This document shows, one piece after another, positions 1 through 11,365 of a stretch of DNA of 64,000 nt. The DNA lies in assembly GCA_026914245.1 (NCBI GenBank), contig CP110439.1:6572001-6636000 (forward strand), given 5' to 3'. The DNA is from Puccinia triticina. Its lineage: Eukaryota. Position 1 is the stretch's first letter. The number at the start of each line of letters is the position of its first letter. The notes under the pieces were generated by a model, which did not search any database, had not been told where the DNA came from, and saw only the letters and a program-made list of their open reading frames with translations. A program made the translations under genes and the position numbers.

Positions 1-1310
1 GAAACCCAGTCATGAGTGTAACCATCATTGTCTTTGAATTCTAGACCATATGCACAAAACCTCCTGATCATATCTTCCAGTGTTTGAATCATTCTTTCAG
101 CTAATCCATCAGTCTGGGGGTGGTAATCAGTGGAGAAGGAGAGTTTGGTTCCTAGCATACTATGTAAACCAGTCCAGAATTCAGATGTGAACTTAGGATC
201 TCTGTCAGAGATGATGATTCTGGGGATGCCAGTTCTAGGCATTACTCTGTTCCAAAACAGTATGGCAGTGTCCATGGCAGAATCATCCTTGAAGTAGGGT
301 ACAAATATTGGGGTCTTAGAGTATCTTTCTACTATTACCAGACAAGCATTGAAACTAGCAGCTCCTCCAGGGGAAAAGGAAGTTACCCAATCCATGTTGA
401 TCACATCCCATGGCTTTGAAGGTTCTTCAATTTTCATGAGCAGTCCAAATCTCTTGCCTGTGGCTTTATTGGCTTTCTGGCATCTATCACAGCAAGAGCA
501 GTATTCACCAGTGTCTTGTCTCCAGTTAGCCCACCAGGCTGTATCAGCCAATTTCTCCAATGTCCTGTCTTCAGAAAGATGACCAGAGTAGACACTGTCA
601 TGGCATTCATGGAAGATGGTGTTGATACTTTCTTTGTCAGCTAGGACTAATACAGAATTATGTTTTTCTCTGAAGTAGATGAGGCCATCAAATATAGAGA
701 ATCTTCCTTCATCATATAGCTTTCTCCAAGGATCTTGTAGAGAATTTTTCAGCTGGGCATCTTTAGCATCTTTCAACAAAAGTTCAGACAATATAGCAGT
801 GTTTTTATCTTGCTTGTAACCTTCTCTTACTGAGTCAAAGAACTCATTCTTGAAAGTAGAGACATGGATGCCCATGATGGGGAATCTATCATCATCTTTG
901 TCTTCTGGGTCATAAGCAGGGTTACTAGGATCATTTGGCAAGGCCCATCTGCTAAGTCCATCCGCATTCTTTTGAATATTCCCATCTCTGTGGATTATAG
1001 TCATGTTACCTCTGTATTCCTGAATAGCAATCTGCCATCTGAGCATGTGTCTTTTGGGAGTCTTCATGTTTAGCAGTGATCTCAAAGCTGTGCAATCTGT
1101 TACAACATGAAATACACTGCCATCCAAGTAGCAATGAAGTTTCTCTAGGGCCCAAACCAGGCATAAGCATTCAAGTTGGCTGGCACCATATCTTGTTTCA
1201 CTGTCCTTTAGTTGTCTGGATATGAAAACAATAGGTCCCTCTTTTCTTACTCCATCAATGACTTGGACTTGATGTAAAGCAGCACCTAAACCAGTCATAC
1301 TAGCATCTAC

Positions 1311-2246
1311 CTATAGTGTGAAAGGATGGGCCCAGTCAGGAAACAGTAGCAATGGAGCTGTTTTCAGTTTCTCTTTTAACAAGTTGTAGGCTACTATCCT
1401 ATGATGAGTCATCTCATATATGACATCAATCCTTGTGAGCTCAGTTAGAGGTTTTGCTATCTCTGCAAACTTCTCATTGTGTTGTCTGTAGTACTCAGCA
1501 AAACCAAGAAATGATTGCATCTCTTTCCTACTACTAGGCACAGGCTTTTGGAGGACAGCAGCTACTTTATTCTGGTCTATTCCTATTGCAATTCCAGAGA
1601 CAAGATGGCCTAGAGCTTTGATCTGATCAAATCCAAAGTTACACTTCTTCAGGGAGATTTTCATGTTCATGTTGATGACAACTTTCAGTATCCTGTCTAT
1701 CCTGTTGAGGTGTTCTTCCCAAGTGTTGGACATAATGATGATATCATCAATGTAGATAATGACCCACTTCTCATCAATCTCTTTTCTGAACTCAATGTCC
1801 ATCATTCTCTGGAAATGAGAGGGGGAATTCTTGATCCCAAAAGGCATTCTCAGGTATTCATAGATTCCTTTGTGCATAATAATCCTGAGCAGGTGCCTGG
1901 AATCTTCTGCAATGACATTCTGGTGGAAACCTTTGAGTACATCCATACTAGTCAGATACTTAGCTTTGGCTAGGTTGTTCAGAGTATCACTGATCTTGGG
2001 AATGGGATACCTATCTGAAGCAGTATAGGAGTTTAAAGCTCTGAAGTCTTCTACCATTCTGGACTTTCCATTATGCCAGGCAATGATTACAGGAGTGGTT
2101 ATCTCAACTACTTCATTATGGCCAACTTTCCTCAGAACATTCAAGTTTACTAGGTCTTCAATATGCTGCTCAAGAGCTTCTCTGCTTTTGGGGCTGGCAG
2201 GATAAGGAGGTCTCCTGAGCAGAGGAGGATGTCTCTCAGTTGTCAA
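1311..2246 (-). pseudogene. Reverse transcriptase segment of the Gypsy pol
   Basis: ORF has DFRALN, RYPIP, MDVLKGFHQ, RMPFG, YIDD and MQSFLG motifs; bounded by stops inside pol. Confidence 0.93.
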
Positions 2247-2696
2247 CTTGAGGTGAACTTCATGGCCTTTAATGGCACCAAGGGGCTGATTGATGTTAGA
2301 GAAGGCAAGGTTGTTATTTTAGAGGACTTCAAAAAGTTTCTCTTTTTGCTCAATGGTTAGCTTATCACTGAACTTGGCTTCACAAAGTTTGTCTGCAATA
2401 AATTGTTGCAGTTGGAGATTAGAATTCTTTAAAGCAGAGATTTCATTTGAAGGACTCATTTTTTCTAGATGATGGGATTTAAAACTGAATTTCTTCCTCT
2501 TATTCTCATTCCCAATGGTGAAGAATCTCTCTTTACTATTTGTGATGTCAAAACCATACAGAGACATGTAATCATTTCCAAGTATAAGATAGTTGATTCT
2601 GGCATTTTTCATCACCACAAATTCTGCTAGAATTCTTACTGAACCTTTAGTATGAGGAAAAATCAAAGCCATTTCTATTATGCCCATTGGTTGTAA

Positions 2697-2898
2697 CAAC
2701 GGTGGGCCTCTAAACTAAACTAAATAAATCTACACAAATCTACCAGCGTAGCGTTCCTTACCATGCTCCACTACAGCCAAAGCAATACTCCAGAGGGATG
2801 TTTGTGGTGCTACACTAATACCCATCTAGCTTTTTAGCAGTTTTTACTTGCGTAGATTTGTGTAGTTTGGTGTAGTTTAGTTTAGCGGCCCACTGTTG
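2697..2898. mobile_element. MITE inserted in the Gypsy protease region
   Basis: TIRs caacggtgggcctctaaactaaacta / tagtttagtttagcggcccactgttg; TSD gttgtaa (2690-2696, 2899-2905). Removing it restores the peptide DQLQPMG. Confidence 0.92.
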
Positions 2899-3187
2899 GT
2901 TGTAATTGGTCACTACAGCTGTGGAATTTAGCATGGTTGATTGGCATGAGCTTGTTTTCCCATTCTGGTATTATAGAATCTAGCAATCTGTTGCTGATGA
3001 TTGGGCAAGAAGCTCCACTATCAAGAAGACATGAGTGTTCTCTGGATTCAATGAGGACAGTAGTGAGATTAGCTTTTCCAGTAAGATGAGCTTTTCCTCC
3101 ATCAGGTTTACATTTCATCAGTTTAGCATCCTCTATTTGGGAAGACTGGCAGGATTTGTCCCAGGTCCGAGGCTGATGAGTTTCAGC

Positions 3188-4399
3188 TTAAATTTCAGCA
3201 ATGGAGAAGTCTTGGTTTATCTCACACTCTACAGCATGTGCTCCAAAATCAAAGTCAACTAAGGGATCATAGTTGGCACCATTTCCATTGTCCATGGCAA
3301 GGATCATGTGGTTGGTTCTATGATTCTCTTCTTCTTCATCTAGTTCTGATTCAGATTTTTGTGGTACACTTTGATCTTCCTCATTGTCACTCTTGGGATC
3401 ATCATCATCATCCATTCCTACATTTTTGATTCTGTTCTTCTTCTTAGGGCATTCCCTGGAGAAGTGGCCAGTTTGTTTGCAGAAATGGCATATAAGTTTT
3501 TCCTTCTCAGGGGCAGAGACAGGATTCCTTTTTGTAGAGGAGTCAGTTGGCTTATCAGTTTTCTCAGGTGCAGGATTATTTCTCCATTGGGATCTGTTTG
3601 GAGCATTATAGTTGTTTGTAACAGGTTTATTCCTTTTCATGACTCTGTCTATGACTTCTTCAGCAATTATAACCATATCCTCAAAGATCATCTCAGTAGC
3701 ATCTCTTTTATATCTGCTTTTAATAGCATGCTCAAGGTTTGGAGGGCATTGCTTTAAGATCTTCTCACAAATAAGATACTGACTGAGTTCAGGTTGATAA
3801 GCTTTCAGTCTTTCTCTCTGATTACCAAACCATTTATGGATTTTCCTCCCATCATAGGCAAAGTGATCACTCTCAAACTCCTGTTGCATTTTCCATTTCC
3901 AGTTCTCAGTGCCAAACTTATTTCTGATGGCATTCTTCCACCAAGCCCAAGATTTGTTTCCATACTGATCTCTGATGCCTAGGTACCAATTCCTTGCAGT
4001 GTCAGTCAACAATATTGTTAATCTACTGATTATCATATTATCTAGCATCAAGTAGTCTCTGAAAAGGATATCAGTGTTTTTAATCCAAAGTTCATGATTG
4101 TAAGGCAATTCTCCAGAGAATTTCTCCCAGTCTCCATTCTTAGGAATACCTTTCCACAATTCCTTCCTCATTTCAAAGTCTACTTCTCCATGATCAATGT
4201 AAGGGAATTCTTCTTGAGAATTTGCATTAGGAGTATTGCTTGAAGGTTTGGGGAAGTTATCTCTTGATGGTCTCTGGGGTTCAGGAGTAGGAACAGGAGG
4301 AGGGACTCTGTTTTCCTGTTGTTGCTCATGATGGACATTCTGAAAAGGATTATTGTATAAGAGATGTGGTGGTTGTTTTCTATCATCTGGTATTACCAA
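3188..4399 (-). pseudogene. Gag segment with CCHC zinc knuckle
   Basis: CX2CX4HX4C motif and TARNWY gag motif; TAA at 3188-3190 interrupts an otherwise continuous gag-protease frame. Confidence 0.88.
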
Positions 4400-4614
4400 A
4401 GAATCCAGCTTTGTATGACACTTTGACTAAAAATCTATCTAAGCATATTGCAAGTTGTGTCAAGAGACAAAACAAAGCAAAAGATTCTCAAAAGCTTGTC
4501 AATCTTGGGTTTACATGCACAGGTGATATTGATCCACAAGAGGTGATGATCTTCCTCCCTTCCTCATTAAACTTGGACTGAAATTTATTGGGATCCTGAC
4601 TTCATTTGGCAGGT

Positions 4615-7338
4615 ACCCCAGTTGTGTGCAATTTGGTGTGCTCAATGAGCGCGTCCTTTTTCAGCTCTCAATGAGGAGGGGCACCAACCGCTCCTGCACC
4701 CAATTGTTCTGAAAAATCTACCCAGTCAGAAGGCAGTCTCAAACGACATATCTGGTTTGTATACAGCTGTGCAGGAGACTCATAGAATCACTTGAGGTTA
4801 GTATTCTATTGCCTGTCTTTGATGTTCCTTTCTATGAATTTCACTTTTTTTTTGTAGAATCATCAAGGTGCCCTGTACTTGGCTTGATGCTTGGCAATCC
4901 CCAAATGGGTATGGCATACTAGGAACTGTTGTATACCACTTGCTTCAAGACAGAACCGGTGGATACAAATTGGAGGCAATGCCTCTCAACTTTGTTTTCT
5001 TACAACAAAGCCATACCGGTGTGTATCTCGCCAAAACCGTTCAGATTATAGTGGAAAAATTTGGCTTGAAGGACAAGGTGATTGGATCAATCCATCTTTC
5101 TTTTATTTGTATTACTGATTTTCTCTTTCTTTTATTCTAGATCTGCGGTATTGTCACCAATAACGCTACAAATAACCAGGCCATGATCGAGGAGATCAAA
5201 AGCTATAAGTGGCCCCGTTTCAAAGGTAAAGCACAATGGGTCCGTTTTTTGCTCACATCTTGAATTTAATTGCACAAAAAATCTTGCGACCTTTTGGAAG
5301 CCACAAGAGCAAGAATACCACCACCACCAATGATGATCAATCTTCTGATGACAAGGAATCAGGGCAAGAGGATCCCGAGGATCCAGATGAACAGATCACA
5401 ATGTGTGTTTTTAATTTAGATTGTTTTTCTCTTCTTTGCTGACCAATCAATTGTTCCATTTAGGCTTAGCGGAGGGGATTTTGATTCTAGGGATGAGGAC
5501 AAAGGCGTTGAAGATGAAGAACTGTGAGGAAGCACTTTGTCAACCAAGCTTGTGAATGCGGACAAGATTGAAATGGAGGTCAATGACATCAATGACCTGA
5601 GTGATAAGGAGGAAGGTGATTGCTATACTTCCAAATCATGCAACAAGACACTGGCCAAGGTAAGACATCATAACATTTCAATCTTTCAATAATTATTGCA
5701 GAAATTAATGACACTTATAATGATAAAAAACAGTTCCAAGCAATCTCAAGGAAGTTGAATAAGTCACCTAACTCAAAAGCCCATTTTGTGGAGCTCTGTA
5801 GGGAGTTCAAATGTGAGAAGCCACATAGAATCAGAACTGATGTGCGGACAAGGTGAAATTCCACTTTGGTGCAGTTGTATAGTATTCTGCAATGCTTGGA
5901 AGCCATGTGAGTTGTTTCTTCTCTTACTCATGATATCAATGGACATACTACTGATTTCCTATATGATGCAAAAGCCTTGAGTGGCAGAAAGACAGACAAC
6001 TTGGCACTGATCGCCACTATCACATCAACAAGGACAGTCTTGGATTAGCATCCAACCTGGTGGAAGTTCTCCAACCATTCTTTGACATCACGCTTCAAGT
6101 ATCCACTAGTGGTGCAGCTTGTATATTGGACATTGTTATTTTTATTGACCAGATTAGCAGCCACCTTTCAACCGCAATCTCCAACAAGAAAGAAGAGTAC
6201 CCTCCTGCCTTGATGAACACGTGCCGCGCTGCACTTAAGCTCACCAATAAGTATTACACTCTAACTGACTGCTCCCCGTTGTACCGGGTTGCTATGGGTA
6301 AGTTTTTCCATTTCTTCATTAGAACCAATCTTTCATACTGATTGCCATGTAAATCTGCAGTTCTTCATCCGTCATTCAAGGACAAGTATTTCAAACTTGC
6401 ACATTGGGAACCCAATTGGATTGAAGAGGCAATTTGGCTCACCCGTGAGATGTCGGAAGCCCACTATAAACCTTCACCTCAGCCGACTTCATCCCGACCA
6501 CACAATCCTGTTCAAAAGGTGAGTTTATAAGGTATGTATGACAAGCAAGCATCTTTTCAACTAATGCGGCCATATATGCTCACAGAAACCTCAGACCGGT
6601 GTCCTTGCTGGGTTGATTGGTGCATCAGAAGCGCAAGGAGGCAACTTGGCTACTGATCCGCTCACCATTTGGCTTACTGGCGGTTTGAGTTTGAAGGGGG
6701 ATGGAAAGCCAGTCGACCCCCTTAAGTGGTGGATACAACAAGGGAGATCAAGAAATATGCACGAGGGTCTGCTCCAGATGGCCCTTGATGTTCTCAGCTG
6801 TCCTGGTTAGTTTGTTCAACTTGTATCTTTACATCATTTCTGTACTCAAGGATTTCATCTATGACAGCAACGACTGTGGATGTCAAGCAACCATTTAGTT
6901 TTGGAAGGGATTACGTCTTGGTTAGAAGGCATTGGCTCACTGCAACATCTGTCTGTAAAGGGATGGCGGTTGCATTCTATTCAAGGAATGGCAAAATTAA
7001 AAATGGTATGCTACGTAGGTGGAAGATCAACAAGAAAAACGAGTCAAAGAGACAGGGAAAGGAAAAATTGTTGAAAATATGAACAAAAATTGGTTTCCAA
7101 GGCGGTAATCTATTAGTTGAAGTTGAGATAGTATTTGTGTGATTCATGAAATGAATGTTTTGGCACACCTTTGCAGCCATACGAGCTTGACACCCGCGGA
7201 TACTCGCAAAAAGTACCCGGGTACTCGCCGCAGGCAGCAGGGCGGGTACGGGTACGGGTGCGGGTGTGAGGAATGTGAGTTTTTTAAGGGGGGTACCCGC
7301 ACCCGCCACGAGTACCCGGGTATGAGCGGCCATCACTA
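4615..7338 (+). mobile_element. 5'-truncated hAT transposon with a multi-exon transposase pseudogene
   Basis: LDAWQSPNG, HTGVYLA, FAHILNLIA, LHPSFKDKYF and C-terminal dimerisation motif DPLKWW...LQMALDVLSCP; GGGTAC-rich subterminal repeats 7190-7325; terminus ...ggccatcacta at 7338. Confidence 0.88.
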
Positions 7339-7544
7339 GTCCGAGAAGACCATTTGTGCTCGGAGTCGGCGGGCCAATGTGCACACTGCGATCATTCACA
7401 CAAAGGCTTCACCAGGCAGCCATCGGCCTCGGCGTGTTATGTCTTCTCTCCCTGGGCTTCAGGGTCGGCATGGGTGCTAATGTCATCGGCCCTCTACCGC
7501 TGCGTTGCCGCCGAAGGACAGCTGCGGCGCACAGCCGTGCGCGA

Positions 7545-7710
7545 GGGGAGCGGGTGTGGCGGAAAATACCCGGATACCCGCCAGGATTCACCCAGAATAT
7601 AAGACATCCGCACCCAAACACGCACACGCCTGCGGGTACCCGCCTACTCTTGGCGGGTACCCGCCAGCAGATAGCAGGTACCCGCAACGGGTTCGTTGGG
7701 GCCATCTCTA
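7545..7710. mobile_element. Orphan hAT-type terminus with CGGGTACCCG subterminal repeats
   Basis: Ends in gccatctcta, the reverse complement of the tagagatggc terminus at 30217; same subterminal motif. Confidence 0.6.
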
Positions 7711-7944
7711 CCAGAAAGGGAAGAATTTCATTTACTAGACCAAAATGATGAATGAAAGCATGATACAAAAGCAATAATCTAAGCACCACTTGTGCACAAG
7801 GAATGCAGAAAATCCAGGAATTGGTTTTCAACTTCATCAGAGAGCCACATGTCATCAGCTTACTCTCCAGTGAGATACATCTAGGAAATAGACAAGGAGA
7901 ACTCTCTACAATTTTCCCCCTCTCTAGACGCATTAAAAATAATA

Positions 7945-9307
7945 GGGTCTTGAAAAATCAACTCCCGGAAATTAATTTTCCGACTCCCAAATGTTGCAGG
8001 TGTCGCGGAGACCGCTTCTGGACGTCTCCCGCGGGTCCTCAGGACCCAATTTTGGTCCGGGGCCCATTTGGGAGTTGGAAAATTAATTCCGCCATCCCTA
8101 ATGGGAGCCGGAAAATTAATTTTGCAAAAATTGACGAAAAAAAAGAAAAAATTTATATCTTCTCACTGGGAGGCCCAAAGCCCCCCAAATTTTCACAGCG
8201 CGCGGAATACACCCTGAAGCTCCCATGCTGAAATTTTGGGCATCACCCCCGCCATAAACGGGGTGTGCTACTGTGCCTCTAATTTGGCGGATTTCCTACT
8301 AAGGAAATCTACCAAATCTTAGCTACAGCGCCCCAAAGTGCGCCAAAATTTCACAGCACAGAGTTAAATAACCTCTCTATAAATGGTTAGCTTATGGGCA
8401 GTACTCTACTAACAGAAATTGATTTAGAGGGGGTGGCGGCCTCCGCCACAGTTGATAGTGGCTCTGCCACAGTTAAAAGTGCCTCCGGTACAGTTAACAG
8501 CGCCTCCGCCACTATTAACCGTAGCCACTTTTAACTGTGGCGGAGGCTCTGTTAACTGTGCCAGAGGCACTGTTAACTGCGGCGGAGCCACTATTAACTG
8601 TGGCAGAGCCACTATTAACTGTGGCAGAGCCACTGTTAACTGTGGCGGAGCCACTGTTAACTGTGGCGGAGCCACTATCAACTGTAACGGAGCCACTATC
8701 AACTGTGGCGGAGCCACTATCAACTGTGGCGGAGCCACTATCAACTGTGGCGGAGCCACTATTAACTGTGGCGGAGGCCGCCACCCCCTCCAAATCAATT
8801 TCTGTTAGTAGAGTACTGCCCATAAGCTAACCATTTATAGAGAGGTTATTTAACTCTGTGCTGTGAAATTTTGGCGCACTTTGGGGCGCTGTAGCTAAGG
8901 GTTTGGTAGATTTCCTTAGTAGGAAATCCGCCAAATTAGAGGCACAGTAGCACACCGCATTTATGGCCTGGGGTGATGCCCAAAATTTCAGCATGGGAGC
9001 TTCAGGGTGTATTCTGCGCGCTGTGAAAACTTGGGGGGCTTTGGGCCTCCCAGTGAGAAGATATAAATTTTTTCTTTTTTTTCATCAATTTTTGTGAAAT
9101 TAATTTTCCGACTCCCATTTGGAATGGCGGAATTAATTTTCCAACTCCCATTTGGGATGGCGAAATTAATTTTCCGACTCCCAAATGGGCCCCGGACCAA
9201 AATTGGGTCCTGATGACCTGCGGGAGACGTCCAGAAGCGGTCTCCGCGACGTCCGCAACTTTTGGGAGTCGGAAAACTAATTTCTGGGAGTCGATTTTTC
9301 AAGTCCC
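7945..9307. mobile_element. Non-coding foldback element with ~500-bp TIRs and a central minisatellite
   Basis: gggtcttgaaaaatc / gatttttcaagtccc termini; arms ~7945-8450 and ~8770-9307 are reverse complements; 8-bp TSD aaataata (7937-7944, 9308-9315). Confidence 0.93.
8530..8776. repeat. 21-bp tandem repeat (cactattaactgtggcggagc), about 11-12 units
   Basis: Directly visible tandem units; inverted degenerate units at ~8440-8520. Confidence 0.95.
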
Positions 9308-9545
9308 AAATAATATGAATAGGTACAGGGGGGAGAAGGAAACAGATAGAAAGAAATCAATTCCTCCTATTTTTCTCATACTCTATAAGTGGGCTATACA
9401 CATATTCTGGGCCACCCTAGTCAAGTTAAGCCTTGAACATTTGGCTGAAGAGAGTTTTGAAACAGTAAAACACATATGTAGGCATGTTTGTGATTGAGTC
9501 TGTTGCAAAAAATATCAGTACTGATTGAATAAGATTATAGGAAGA

Positions 9546-11365
9546 TTATTCCTGATGAAACATGAGTGATCCTTCTAATATTTTTTTGTTGAAATTTTCA
9601 ATTGAGAGACAAAATAATCGATTGAAGAAAACCTGAAAATTTTTGGAGTTCTGATCTTCTTTCACCCTCAAGAATGTTTTTGAAGCATAAAGTCTGCCTG
9701 ACTTAGGAATCCAATCAGTTAAGATCCTCCAAAGCAATGTATTATAATGAACCTTGGCAAATTTTGAAGCATCATCTCCTTGCTCTTTCCTCCGATATGC
9801 TTGGTAAAATTCAATGGCTGATTCAAGAAAATTTGGATCATGTCCCTCCAAGGGGAGTACTGCTTCAATCATCTCCACATAAAATAAAAAGACCAGCAAT
9901 AATTTTTCCATCTTTTTTTTAGACTTCAGAGGGATTTCTGTTTCAAGATTGATTTTGGTTTTCTTCTTCCAAAATTCAAGCCATGCGCCTCGGTGTTCCC
10001 ATAGTTTTTTTGTATGATTGTGGACATATGTTAGTTTCCTTTGTTTTTCTCCAACTATGCCCCAAAAATGAGGCGCTTTTGCTTTGATAATACTGGCACA
10101 GTCTTGGAATATTTTCAAAGCATACTTGTAGTTGTTTTCATAGAGGATGATTTTCTTCTTCTCATTGGGATTCAGTGCCCGAATCTTGCCAATTATCTCT
10201 TTATCTTCAGGTAACAGGTTTTCTGATTTCAGAACCTCATAGGTAAATTCGAGTCTTGCAAATTGACCATTACAACTACTTGAAGGTTGACCTTTGAGAC
10301 CATTGATGCGTTGAGGATTACTAACAGTTTCTATTACAATATCTTTTTGACGCGAAGCTAATTCCTCAGAATTTTTATCCGTTTGACTCTTTTTGAAGGA
10401 TTGAAGTTGCATCTGTTCCTCAGTGAGAGTACTAACTGAATTGACTGGGTGTTTTTCTCTTCGAGTTGCTATGTGAACAAAATTCGATTCAGATTGTTCC
10501 GTCCTGTGCGAGGACACAGCCGGAATCAAGAGAAGCCGGGCTCTGTTGTCTGGCTGCGGATTAGGAACAAGAGGGGTACCACGAGCGGACACCGGTTGTC
10601 GAAAGCTGGCTGGGTTGCCTCCTGGCATCGGATGCAGAATATTTCTTACAGTCTCTGCATCAACAAGAGTCGTACGAGGTTGTCTCGCTTCAACCGACGC
10701 AATGGTTTGCTTCAGGATTCGGTCAAGGTTGGCTAGCCTGGGCGGCGTTCGATCATGAACGAGTTCTTTACCAAACACAGCCTGACTCAGGATATTTTCA
10801 AGGTTGATCGGGGAATCTGGGGACCCATGCGCTCCCGAGTTCTTCAAAAGATTTGTTTGCGGTGGATTCGGTGGCACGGGACCGGAGTCCACGTAAGACT
10901 TTATGTGAACCTTGTCTTTTCTTCTCCTTTCGGTCGATGACGTTAGAATGTGGGTTTCAACAGGCATAGCATACTTCGTTCCACTGTGAAGCTCTACAGG
11001 TTCTTGACGAAGAAGAGCTTCCCCCCCGTTGCCGGAGGATGGCGAAGGAGTAAGATTGGGGTGAGTTCCAACTGCTGAGAAGAAATCAATTTCTTTCTTT
11101 TGCTCTTGAACCACCGAACCGCTTGCACCCAAGTTGGACTCGGAGCTACGCATGGCTTGTGGAGTGGTGATGTAATCCGTGTTGTCTATCAATCAGAACG
11201 TTAGTCCTTCAAGATTTGGGACCAGCAGCGCATAGAAAGGTACACAGGTCACGCACCGCTCCAATTAGAAAGAAAATCCCTGGTAACCTGTGGCAAGTCA
11301 TCAAGGGCGTTGCAGTTAGTTATGAAGACCACTAGCATGATGAAACGAGAATTGAAAATCCTCAT
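9546..11365 (-). CDS. Secreted protein, paralog A (candidate effector), two exons
   Basis: Exon 1 11365-11257 (MRIFNSRFIMLVVFITNCNA-LDDLPQ..., signal-peptide-like); phase-1 intron 11256-11186 (GTGCGT...CTAAC...TAG); exon 2 11185-9546 open. Shares EIDF, FYVEMI and FQVFFN..FCLSIE motifs with B and C. Confidence 0.85.

Larger units (their letters stand above)
1..4610 (-). mobile_element. Ty3/Gypsy LTR retrotransposon internal region (gag-PR-RT-RNaseH-IN), decayed, no LTR visible
   Basis: Gag zinc knuckle CHFCKQTGHFSREC (3188-4399), protease LLDSGAS (~3020), RT with RMPFG and YIDD (1311-2246), RNase H DAS...[10 protein letters not shown] (~1150-1310), integrase HHCC and [14 protein letters not shown] (1-620). 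Gypsy domain order, in-frame stops, strong CpG depletion. Confidence 0.95.

Noticed and set aside
8424..8830. Repetitive ORFs (PPQLIVA, GGATINC)
   Set aside because: Translation artefacts of a 21-bp minisatellite inside a foldback element.
11186..11301. Apparent frameshift and TGA destroying the signal peptide of paralog A
   Set aside because: Both lie in a canonical intron (GTGCGT...CTAAC...TAG); the ATG at 11365 gives an in-frame signal peptide.
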